This document shows positions 56,692 through 64,000 of a stretch of DNA of 64,000 bases, one piece after another. Location of the stretch: the sequence record NC_026927.1, one strand, 5' to 3'. The translations under genes and the position numbers were made by a program. Positions within the stretch are counted from its first letter, which is position 1, and every line of letters begins with the position of its first letter. The notes beneath the pieces are model-generated. The model did not search any database and was not told the DNA's origin. It was given only the letters and a program-made list of their open reading frames with translations.

Positions 56692-57825
56692 ATGGCCCGA
56701 CTCGCTATGACAACTGATCAAATTGTTGAGAAACTGAAAGAGACCTATGGTGAGAACGTAACTACAGCTGAACTCAAAGCCTTCTGTGCTATGAATGATT
56801 GTGGTTACCCTACAGTCACTCGTCGATTGGAAGAATATAAGTCTGGTCGTGGTCGTTGGAATCTAACCCTAAACGAGAAGTTGGAACAAACCTATCAAGG
56901 ACCATCTGGTGTCCCTGCTGTTATGGATATTTCAGAAACAAACCTTGTTCCAGACAAAGATAGTAACTTTGTTTCATTCGGTAACTTCACTGATTTGAAA
57001 CAAGTCATCAAGTCTGGTATCTTCTATCCTACCTTTATCACTGGTTTATCTGGTAACGGAAAAACCTTTGGTGTAGAACAAGCTTGTGCTCAACTTGGTA
57101 GGGAACTGATTCGAGTAAATATTACAATTGAAACCGATGAAGACGATCTTATTGGTGGTTTCCGTCTCATTGATGGTGCTACTGTTTGGCATAATGGTCC
57201 AGTCATCGAGGCTCTGGAACGGGGAGCTGTTCTTCTTCTAGATGAGATTGATCTGGCTTCTAACAAGATTCTTTGTCTTCAATCTATCCTAGAAGGTAAG
57301 GGAGTATTCCTCAAGAAGATTGGTAAGTTTGTGAGACCTACCAATGGGTTCAACGTGATTGCAACCGCAAACACAAAAGGTAAGGGTTCTGACGATGGTA
57401 GGTTTATTGGAACTAATGTTCTGAATGAAGCATTCCTAGAACGTTTCCCTGTAACCTTTGAGCAGGAATATCCAGTAGCATCAGTAGAAACTAAACTCCT
57501 GAAGAAGTATGCTTCCTCATTGGGTATTGTAGATGATAAGTTTTGTAAGTATCTGGCAGACTGGGGTGATATCATCCGTAAAACATTCTATGATGGTGGT
57601 GTAGATGAAGTTATCTCCACACGACGTTTGGTTCACATCCTTCGGGCATATAGTATCTTTGATGACAAATCAAAGGCAGTTGCTATCTGTCTAAACAGGT
57701 TTGATGATGAAACCAAACAAGCCTTTATGGATCTTTACGACAAGATTGACAACGAAGTCACCTTTCAATTTGGTGAAGGTACAGATAACGTTCAGTACTC
57801 TGAAACACCAGATACAAACTTCTAA
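56692..57825 (+). CDS. cobS: MoxR-type AAA+ ATPase (cyanophage CobS-like)
   Basis: Start re-called at the ATG after the promoter. Walker A GLSGNGKT, Walker B LLLDEID, ATANTKG and AFLERF. Confidence 0.85.
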   Translation: MARLAMTTDQIVEKLKETYGENVTTAELKAFCAMNDCGYPTVTRRLEEYKSGRGRWNLTLNEKLEQTYQGPSGVPAVMDISETNLVPDKDSNFVSFGNFTDLKQVIKSGIFYPTFITGLSGNGKTFGVEQACAQLGRELIRVNITIETDEDDLIGGFRLIDGATVWHNGPVIEALERGAVLLLDEIDLASNKILCLQSILEGKGVFLKKIGKFVRPTNGFNVIATANTKGKGSDDGRFIGTNVLNEAFLERFPVTFEQEYPVASVETKLLKKYASSLGIVDDKFCKYLADWGDIIRKTFYDGGVDEVISTRRLVHILRAYSIFDDKSKAVAICLNRFDDETKQAFMDLYDKIDNEVTFQFGEGTDNVQYSETPDTNF

Positions 57826-58266
57826 ATGATTTATCCTACTATGAACTCCTGGTCTATGTTATTCGATGAAATTGGTGAAATCAATTTTGATGACTCCGAA
57901 TACACTGAAGACGTTATTATTCAACCTAACACTATGAAAGAAACAACTAAAGACGAAACATTTTGGAGGTATGATGAGGGTAAAATTCTCCGTGAAGTAG
58001 AAGCTTACCTCTCAAGTACATACAAAGGTCACTACGTTGGTGGTGAAACCAAGATTCAAACACTAGACCTTATTGATTCCATTGGTGACTCTGAGTCATT
58101 TTGTAGATCTAACGCAATCAAATACCTCTCTAGGTTTGGGAAGAAGGAGGGTAAAAACCAGAAGGATCTCCTAAAGGTTATTCACTATGCCATCCTCCTT
58201 TACCACTTCGCAGGACTACCCTTTACAGAAGATGCTGTGGAAACTCACTCGCCTACTGGGCGTTAA
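57826..58266 (+). CDS. Conserved T4-like hypothetical protein (DUF3310-like from memory)
   Basis: YLSSTYKGHY, FCRSNAIKYLSRFGKK and DLLKVIHYAILL motifs. Confidence 0.6.
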   Translation: MIYPTMNSWSMLFDEIGEINFDDSEYTEDVIIQPNTMKETTKDETFWRYDEGKILREVEAYLSSTYKGHYVGGETKIQTLDLIDSIGDSESFCRSNAIKYLSRFGKKEGKNQKDLLKVIHYAILLYHFAGLPFTEDAVETHSPTGR

Positions 58267-58273
58267 CCCATAT

Positions 58274-58291
58274 CTGTGTTATAATACACAG
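58274..58291 (+). promoter_or_regulatory. Extended -10 promoter for gp45 inside a perfect inverted repeat
   Basis: CTGTGT-TATAAT-ACACAG. Confidence 0.65.
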
Positions 58292-58322
58292 GAAACCATC
58301 TCATCCTTTATCTTTTATATTA

Positions 58323-58991
58323 ATGAAACTATCTGACGAAACTATTGCAGTGTTGAAGAACTTCTCTTCTATCAACCAGAGTATTATTGTGGGTGAGGGT
58401 AACACCTTAAGAACTATCTCAGTGATGAAGAACATCCTTGCTGAGGCAAAAGTCTCTGAGAACTTTGAGAAGTCCTTTGCTATCTACGACCTCAATGAGT
58501 TTCTAAATGGTTTATCACTTCATGACAACTACGCATTGGATTTCACCAATGACACATTCGTTGTTATCCGTGAAGGTCGTCGCCGTGTGAACTATCACTT
58601 CGCAGACCCTGAAGTTATTGTTGCTCCACCTGATAAGCAACTCCAACTTCCCTCTGAGGATGTATGTTTCCAATTGGATCACAGCCAACTCCTACAACTA
58701 GTGAAAGCTGCTTCTATCTACAAACTCCCTGATCTATCTGTTGTTGGTGAGAATGGTACTATCTCCCTAGTTGTTCGTGATAAGAAGAACGACTCATCTA
58801 ACGTGTATTCTGTGGATGTTGGTGAGACTACCGATGACTTCACCTTCAACTTCAAGGTTGAGAATACTAACAAGATTCTCGCTGGTAACTACGATGTGGT
58901 TATCTCTCAGAAACTACTCGCCAAGTTCACTGGACAGAAGAACAATGTTGAGTATTTTATCGCTTTAGAACCAGACAGCACCTTTGGGTGA
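58323..58991 (+). CDS. gp45: Sliding clamp gp45
   Basis: MKLSDETIAVLKNFSSINQS, FAIYDLNEFL, FNFKVEN and YFIALEPDS motifs. Confidence 0.95.
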   Translation: MKLSDETIAVLKNFSSINQSIIVGEGNTLRTISVMKNILAEAKVSENFEKSFAIYDLNEFLNGLSLHDNYALDFTNDTFVVIREGRRRVNYHFADPEVIVAPPDKQLQLPSEDVCFQLDHSQLLQLVKAASIYKLPDLSVVGENGTISLVVRDKKNDSSNVYSVDVGETTDDFTFNFKVENTNKILAGNYDVVISQKLLAKFTGQKNNVEYFIALEPDSTFG

Positions 58992-58997
58992 TATTAT

Positions 58998-59022
58998 GGG
59001 AGGGTAACACCTCCCTTTTTTT
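58998..59022 (+). terminator. Rho-independent terminator after gp45
   Basis: GGGAGGGT-aac-ACCTCCC followed by T7. Confidence 0.7.
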
Positions 59023-59550
59023 ATGAACATTTTCGTCACAGATCACTCACCCTATGCTAGTGCAGTTGTATTACCTGACCGCCATGTAAATAAAATGGGT
59101 TTAGAAGCATGTCAGATGGTGGCTATCATCTACTCTCACTGGTATTACAACTGGGGTGAGATACACAAAGCGAACGGAGAACCATACTCTACTGAGAAGG
59201 GTGCGTTTCGCAACCACCCCTGCACCAAGTGGGCAGCAGAGAGTATGTACAACACAGCCTGGTTGATCGCTCATGGTCTAGCACTCTGTACTGAATACAC
59301 TGCTAGGTATGGTAAAGTTCACTCTTGTGCTAAGACCTTGTTTGAAGCCAAGAAGATGTTCCATAGATACACTGGTGAGACCATCCTATGTTACAATATG
59401 GTGGAGGACTTCACCCGTGCCATGCCTGATGAGTTCAAGCTTGACACTGGTATCTCTACCTTTGATGCGTATAAGATGTATATTTCATCCAAACCTTGGG
59501 TGAAAGACAACTATCTCCGCAAACCTGAACGCAAACCCTCTTGGGTTTGA
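59023..59550 (+). CDS. Pyrimidine-dimer glycosylase (DenV/PDG)-like protein
   Basis: MNIFVT...LPDRHVNKM.LEACQM, HPCTKWA and FTRAMPDEFK motifs. Confidence 0.65.
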   Translation: MNIFVTDHSPYASAVVLPDRHVNKMGLEACQMVAIIYSHWYYNWGEIHKANGEPYSTEKGAFRNHPCTKWAAESMYNTAWLIAHGLALCTEYTARYGKVHSCAKTLFEAKKMFHRYTGETILCYNMVEDFTRAMPDEFKLDTGISTFDAYKMYISSKPWVKDNYLRKPERKPSWV

Positions 59551-59571
59551 TTACTTTATTATCTTTTTATT

Positions 59572-60522
59572 ATGAACGAACGCACTGATTTCCTATGGAC
59601 AGAGAAATACCGCCCACAGGTTATTGATGATTGTATTCTCCCCGATCACGTAAAGAATACATTCAAGGAGTTTGTTGCTAAGGGTGAGATCCCTAACCTC
59701 TTGTTATCTGGTCCTCCTGGTATTGGTAAGACCACAATTGCCAAAGCTCTTTGTAATGAGATTGGTGCCGACTACTATGTAATCAATGGATCCGATGAGG
59801 GAAGATTCCTTGATACAGTCCGTAACCAAGCAAAGAACTTTGCTTCCACAATGTCCCTTACCTCGGAAGCAAAACACAAGGTCATCATTATCGATGAGGC
59901 AGATAACACAGGTAGTGATGTTCAGATGTTGCTTCGTGCAAACATCGAAGCATTCTACAAGAACTGTCGTTTCATCTTTACCTGCAACTATAAGAACAAG
60001 ATCATTGAACCCCTCCACAGTAGGTGTGCAGTGGTTGAGTTCTCCGCTAAGGGTAAGGATAGACAACAGATCGCCGCGTCCTTCTTCCAGAGACTCTCTG
60101 GTATCTTAGAGAAGGAACATGTAGAGGCTGACAAGAAGGTTCTGGTAGAACTAGTTCAGAAACACTTCCCTGACTTCAGGAGGGTTCTAAATGAGGTTCA
60201 GAGGTATTCCAGTAGTGGTAAGATCGACTCTGGTATCCTAGCAACCTTCTCTGAAGTTAAGGTAGAGGACCTTATCAAACACCTTCGTGAGAAGAACTTT
60301 GTTGAAGTCCGTAAGTGGGTTGTTGCTAACTTAGATAACGATACTAATAGTATCCTCCGTAAGTTATACGACACCCTATCTACACAACTAAAAGGTCCTT
60401 CTATCGCTGCTGCTGTATTGGTTATCGCCAAGTATCAGTATCAGGGAGCCTTTGTAGCTGACCAGGAGATCAACCTCCTAGCAGCTCTAACCGAAATTAT
60501 GATTGAATGTGAGTTTTCCTAA
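59572..60522 (+). CDS. gp44: Clamp loader large subunit gp44
   Basis: LWTEKYRP, GPPGIGKT, IIIDEAD, PLHSRC and FPDFRR motifs. Confidence 0.96.
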   Translation: MNERTDFLWTEKYRPQVIDDCILPDHVKNTFKEFVAKGEIPNLLLSGPPGIGKTTIAKALCNEIGADYYVINGSDEGRFLDTVRNQAKNFASTMSLTSEAKHKVIIIDEADNTGSDVQMLLRANIEAFYKNCRFIFTCNYKNKIIEPLHSRCAVVEFSAKGKDRQQIAASFFQRLSGILEKEHVEADKKVLVELVQKHFPDFRRVLNEVQRYSSSGKIDSGILATFSEVKVEDLIKHLREKNFVEVRKWVVANLDNDTNSILRKLYDTLSTQLKGPSIAAAVLVIAKYQYQGAFVADQEINLLAALTEIMIECEFS

Positions 60523-60524
60523 TT

Positions 60525-60815
60525 ATGAATGTCAAACTAATCCGTATGAACTCTGGCGAAGATGTTATCGCCGACCTCATCAGTGAGACTGATGATACAC
60601 TAGTTCTATCCAACCCTATTGTTTTAGTTCCTGGTCAAGGTGGAACACTAGGTTTCGCACCATGGTCACCAGTTATCTCCCCAGATGTTAAAGAGATTAC
60701 TATTCGGGCTAACTATGTTGTATTCATGAGTGAGCCAAATGAGGATGTAGTGGATAACTACAACCAAATCTTTTCCCCCATTGTCACACCAAGCAGTAAA
60801 GGATTAATCTTATGA
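60525..60815 (+). CDS. Small Sm/SH3-like hypothetical protein
   Basis: VKLIRMNSGEDVIADL...LSNP...FAPW pattern. Confidence 0.6.
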   Translation: MNVKLIRMNSGEDVIADLISETDDTLVLSNPIVLVPGQGGTLGFAPWSPVISPDVKEITIRANYVVFMSEPNEDVVDNYNQIFSPIVTPSSKGLIL

Positions 60816-61054
60816 TGGATACAGTTGTACTCTATACAAACAACGGTCAGGAGTCGGAGAGAATCCAACAACTACTGACTAGTGTAGGTGGTGAGTTTCA
60901 TATCTATACCTTAGATCAAGACTTCACACAGGACCAATTCCGTAAGGAGTTTGGTGTATCTGCGGAATACCCACAGGTCGCCATAGGTTATAATCATATT
61001 GGGGGTCTCAAGGAAACCCTACATTATCTAACGGACGAAGGACTTATTAAATGA
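60812..61054 (+). CDS. Glutaredoxin-fold protein lacking cysteines
   Basis: Layout VVLYT, YPQVAIG..HIGG (cis-Pro and GG motifs of glutaredoxins), but the sequence has no Cys. Confidence 0.6.
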   Translation: MMDTVVLYTNNGQESERIQQLLTSVGGEFHIYTLDQDFTQDQFRKEFGVSAEYPQVAIGYNHIGGLKETLHYLTDEGLIK

Positions 61055-61461
61055 CCCTGGAACTCAAAGACTGGTTGAATAGTTTAAACATGAGTAAGGA
61101 AGACCTTATTGATGGAGATCCTGATGTGGAGAAAGAGTATCCACCATTCATTGTCAATAAGTGTATGTCTGGTCAGATGGACGCACTTATGTTTGCTAAT
61201 GAGATGAATAAGTTCCCCTCACTAGATAAAAAGTTACAATATGATTTTTATCTAAATAGTTTGCGGAAGAGAAAGCGTTTCTCTCCTTGGTTAAGGAAGG
61301 ATAAGATTAAACACCTTGAGACCGTTCGTAAGTTTTATGGCTTTTCCACTGAAAAAGCAGAACAAGCTTTGAATATTTTATCCAATGAACAACTTGACTT
61401 TATCTATGATAAGCTTGACACTGGGGGAACCAAACCATGCAAACGGACGAAAGGGGGGTAG
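61051..61461 (+). CDS. gp62: Clamp loader small subunit gp62
   Basis: YPPFIVNKCMS, QYDFYLNSLRKRKRFSPW and YGFSTEKA motifs. Confidence 0.92.
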   Translation: MTLELKDWLNSLNMSKEDLIDGDPDVEKEYPPFIVNKCMSGQMDALMFANEMNKFPSLDKKLQYDFYLNSLRKRKRFSPWLRKDKIKHLETVRKFYGFSTEKAEQALNILSNEQLDFIYDKLDTGGTKPCKRTKGG

Positions 61462-61865
61462 TATCTTGGGACCCCTCATATATGATAGAAGTATTTTTGT
61501 CAGAACCTGACGACTTCCTAAAGGTACGAGAAACTCTTACTCGTATTGGTGTGGCATCTCGCAAAGAGAAGAAGATATATCAGTCTTGTCATATTCTACA
61601 TAAACAGGGAAGATACTTTATAGTTCATTTTAAGGAACTCTTTGCCCTTGATGGTAAGCATACTACAATTACCTTGAATGATATACAGAGACGCAATCGT
61701 ATTGTTAAACTACTATCCGATTGGAACTTGATTGAAGTTTCAGATAGTATCGATATTACAGATGTTGCCCCTCTGAATCAAATAAAAGTTCTCTCATATA
61801 AAGAAAAAGAAGACTGGATACTAGAACCGAAATATAACATTGGAAGTGTGAAACGTTCAGAATAA
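61437..61865 (+). CDS. regA: Translational repressor RegA
   Basis: DDFLKVRETLTRIGVAS and QSCHILHKQGRYFIVHFKELFALDG motifs. Confidence 0.95.
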   Translation: MQTDERGVVSWDPSYMIEVFLSEPDDFLKVRETLTRIGVASRKEKKIYQSCHILHKQGRYFIVHFKELFALDGKHTTITLNDIQRRNRIVKLLSDWNLIEVSDSIDITDVAPLNQIKVLSYKEKEDWILEPKYNIGSVKRSE

Positions 61866-61873
61866 CAGGGAGG

Positions 61874-61897
61874 GGGGGTATCCACACCCCCTTTTTT
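61874..61897 (+). terminator. Rho-independent terminator after regA
   Basis: GGGGGT-atccac-ACCCCC followed by T6. Confidence 0.75.
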
Positions 61898-61917
61898 GTG
61901 CTTTTTTGTAATTTGGG

Positions 61918-61984
61918 CATAAATAGATGAGTAGTTGCCACTCAGGGACTACACCTTATACATCTCGCTTATTAGGAGAAACAC
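61918..61984 (+). promoter_or_regulatory. Late promoter-like CATAAATA and two-hairpin hsp20 leader (ROSE-like thermometer candidate)
   Basis: Hairpin 1: GTAGT/ACTAC at 61931-61952. Hairpin 2: TCTCGCT-TATT-AGGAGA at 61963-61979 pairs the SD with a bulged G. Confidence 0.6.
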
Positions 61985-62428
61985 ATGTCTGGATTAGCAC
62001 GCTATTATGGTTCTGGGGATATTGAGAAGTTCCTCAAGGACGTTGATAAGTATTCAATCGGAATGGATGAATGGTTCCATAGGTTCGGAGCACTTCACCA
62101 AACAGAAGCAAACTACCCACCCTACAACGTTATTCAGGAGAATGCAGTCTCCTATCGTGTAGAGGTTGCAGTTGCTGGATTTGCAACAAAAGAACTAGAA
62201 GTATTCACAGAGAACAACAAACTCTACGTGGAGGGTCAGAAGGAACTGGCGGAACCTAAGGAGGGTGAGTCCTACGTTCATCGTGGAGTGGCTGCAAGGT
62301 CCTTTAAGAGGGTCTGGACCATCTCTGATGACGTGGAAGTGAAGGACGTGGAGGTTTCCAATGGTCTCCTCACCATCCGACTCTCTCGTATCGTTCCTGA
62401 CCACCAGAAGAGACGTTCCTATCTCTGA
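61985..62428 (+). CDS. hsp20: Small heat shock protein Hsp20
   Basis: NYPPYN, YRVEVAVAGF, YVHRGVAARSFKR and NGLLTIRL (alpha-crystallin domain). Confidence 0.93.
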   Translation: MSGLARYYGSGDIEKFLKDVDKYSIGMDEWFHRFGALHQTEANYPPYNVIQENAVSYRVEVAVAGFATKELEVFTENNKLYVEGQKELAEPKEGESYVHRGVAARSFKRVWTISDDVEVKDVEVSNGLLTIRLSRIVPDHQKRRSYL

Positions 62429-62489
62429 CCTATATACCAGTGAGACTATTTTCTCCGGGAGTATTGATCTCCCAAATATCGTCGCACCT

Positions 62490-62526
62490 GGGGGGTCCTG
62501 TCACAAAACAGGGTTGCCCCCTTTTT
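62490..62526 (+). terminator. Probable terminator after hsp20 (coordinates approximate)
   Basis: A G run and CCTGT...ACAGG stem closing with a C run and T tract. Confidence 0.6.
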
Positions 62527-62556
62527 GGTGCATGTTATAATATAGTATAAACTAAA

Positions 62557-62943
62557 ATGAACAATGATTATGATAGGGAACTTCCTTCCCCAACCGGATC
62601 TACGGGGGCAGTTGAACTAATGATTGAATCTATTGACCAGATGAGCAACAATGATCCAGTAGTAAAACTAGTTCTACTGAAGAATAATGAAACTATTATT
62701 GCTGAGGTTCGTGAGAGTATTGATGGAAGTAGTGTTCAGCTCATTGACCCTCGTGTAGTTCTACTACAGGCAGCAAGACCATCTGATGACGGACAGACCA
62801 CAACAACTGCCATCTCATATACCGACTGGTTACCTTTGTCTGAGAGTAGAAACTTCACTATTGCTGGTGATTATGTGGTCCTTATCACTGATCCCATTGA
62901 AAGTTTAGTAGAAAGTTATACACAGGCACGACAAAATGGATGA
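62557..62943 (+). CDS. Small Sm/SH3-like hypothetical protein
   Basis: VVKLVLLKNNETIIAEV...LIDP...WLP pattern; TGTTATAAT at 62533-62541. Confidence 0.6.
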   Translation: MNNDYDRELPSPTGSTGAVELMIESIDQMSNNDPVVKLVLLKNNETIIAEVRESIDGSSVQLIDPRVVLLQAARPSDDGQTTTTAISYTDWLPLSESRNFTIAGDYVVLITDPIESLVESYTQARQNG

Positions 62944-63217
62944 AACTATTAGAGTATTGGTCTTGACCAATGGAAAAGTCCTTATCAGTAAGATCGAAGA
63001 GATAGGAGGTGCTGATATCGGGGAGCCAGACTGCCGTCTAACCGACCCAGTATGGTATAATGATGAGGTGGGGGAAATGACTGAAGGGTTCAAACGCTTT
63101 CCTGGTAAGGGGATCACACCCGATACCAAGTTGGCCATCTCTTCTGTCAATATCTTGACTCTGGTTACCCCAGATAACAAACTCCTCAGTGAATACCTCG
63201 TGTTTATTAGTGATTAA
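62936..63217 (+). CDS. Small Sm/SH3-like hypothetical protein
   Basis: IRVLVLTNGKVLISKIEE...EPDCRLTDP pattern; directly upstream of gp43. Confidence 0.6.
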   Translation: MDETIRVLVLTNGKVLISKIEEIGGADIGEPDCRLTDPVWYNDEVGEMTEGFKRFPGKGITPDTKLAISSVNILTLVTPDNKLLSEYLVFISD

Positions 63218-64000
63218 TGTCTAACAAGTTCTACACCAATGTTCAGCTTTATGGTAACAACATCCTCCTACGCGGGTATGAGAATGGAGAGAAGTTTCAC
63301 ACTAGGGAACAATACTCTCCCACACTATATGTGAGTTCTAAGAAACCTAGTGAGTGGAAAACACTTACTGGTGAGAATGTTCAACCAGTGAAACCCGGAT
63401 CTATTAGAGATTGTAGGGATTTTATCAAGAAGTATAAAGATGTAGAGAACTTTAATGTGTTTGGTAATGAGAGGTTTGCCTTTCAATACATTGCAGACAA
63501 CTATCCTGGGGAGATTGAATATGATCCTCAGTTGATTAATATCTTGAGTTTGGATATTGAGGTTGAGTCTGAACATGGTTTCCCAGATCCAGAGTCTGCT
63601 AATGAGGAAGTACTACTCATTACTATTCAGGACTATGTTACCAAACAAATCATTACTTGGGGTCAGATAAAGCATGGGGAGTTTGATAACCAACAGGATA
63701 ATGTAGATTTCCGTCCCTGTGAGAGTGAGTATCACCTACTGAGTGCCTTTATTCAGTGGTGGCAACAGAACCCACCTGATGTTATCACTGGGTGGAACAT
63801 TGACTATTACGATATTCCATACCTCGTTAGACGTATGAAGAGGGTGTTGGGTGATAAACTAGCAAGCACTATCTCCCCTTGGAAGTTCGTAACAGACGAA
63901 GAGCACTTCTTCAAGGGTATGAATAAACTATATTATAATATCGCTGGTATTACCCAACTAGACTACCTAGTTTTATACACTAAGTTCACATATACGAACC
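63217..64000 (+). CDS. gp43: DNA polymerase gp43 (family B), 5' part; runs off the window
   Basis: Manual translation MSNKFYTNVQLYGNNILLRGY..., with exonuclease motifs SLDIEVESEHGFP and VITGWNIDYYDIPYL. Not in the ORF track because no stop lies in the window. Confidence 0.93.
   Translation, partial: MSNKFYTNVQLYGNNILLRGYENGEKFHTREQYSPTLYVSSKKPSEWKTLTGENVQPVKPGSIRDCRDFIKKYKDVENFNVFGNERFAFQYIADNYPGEIEYDPQLINILSLDIEVESEHGFPDPESANEEVLLITIQDYVTKQIITWGQIKHGEFDNQQDNVDFRPCESEYHLLSAFIQWWQQNPPDVITGWNIDYYDIPYLVRRMKRVLGDKLASTISPWKFVTDEEHFFKGMNKLYYNIAGITQLDYLVLYTKFTYTN

Noticed and set aside
56692-57825. cobS as evidence of cobalamin biosynthesis
   Set aside because: No cobN or other B12 pathway genes in this window; the motifs only show a MoxR-type AAA+ ATPase.
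61437-61461. AAAGGGGGG run at the gp62/regA overlap as a possible -1 frameshift making a fusion
   Set aside because: It does not fit X-XXY-YYZ in the gp62 frame, and regA has its own ATG at 61437.
1285-63576. Dozens of 60-130-aa minus-strand and alternate-frame ORFs in the track
   Set aside because: All lie within well-supported plus-strand genes and show no recognisable motifs; treated as shadow ORFs.
1-64000. tRNA genes, CRISPR arrays, DGR or invertase cassettes, genetic-code reassignment
   Set aside because: By eye I found no cloverleaf, repeat-spacer array, reverse transcriptase or recombinase, and very long ORFs read through in the standard code. A tRNAscan/CRISPR scan would confirm.

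Overview
This window is a 64-kb piece of a T4-like cyanomyovirus genome (Kyanoviridae-type gene order). Every credible gene is on the + strand. It runs through: baseplate (gp25, gp6, a 4225-aa gp7-like protein, gp8, a 2406-aa VrlC/DUF4815-like virion protein); neck and tail completion (gp13, gp14, gp15); packaging (gp16, a 5.3-kb accessory insert, gp17); tail and head (gp18-gp23, gp3); recombination and late transcription (uvsY, uvsW, gp55, gp47, gp46); a 2OG-Fe(II) oxygenase; a HEXXH/VWA plus MoxR-type (CobS-like) AAA pair; and replication genes (gp45, a DenV-like glycosylase, gp44, gp62, regA, hsp20, and the 5' part of gp43). I saw no tRNA, rRNA, CRISPR array, intron or intein. The best leads are: (i) a 926-aa basic protein built of modules separated by repeated acidic spacers resembling gp21 cleavage sites, possibly a protease-matured internal-protein polyprotein; (ii) a ROSE-like RNA thermometer hairpin over the hsp20 Shine-Dalgarno; (iii) a hydrophobic, toxin-like gene in the terminase insert; (iv) a host-type outer-membrane beta-barrel gene and a free-standing single-motif LAGLIDADG gene after gp23, with a promoter overlapping the gp23 terminator; (v) a well-spaced antisense sigma70-type promoter upstream of gp55; and (vi) several small ORFs missed by the ORF track, including a His-rich exported peptide. 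Family assignments come from recalled motifs and synteny, not database searches.
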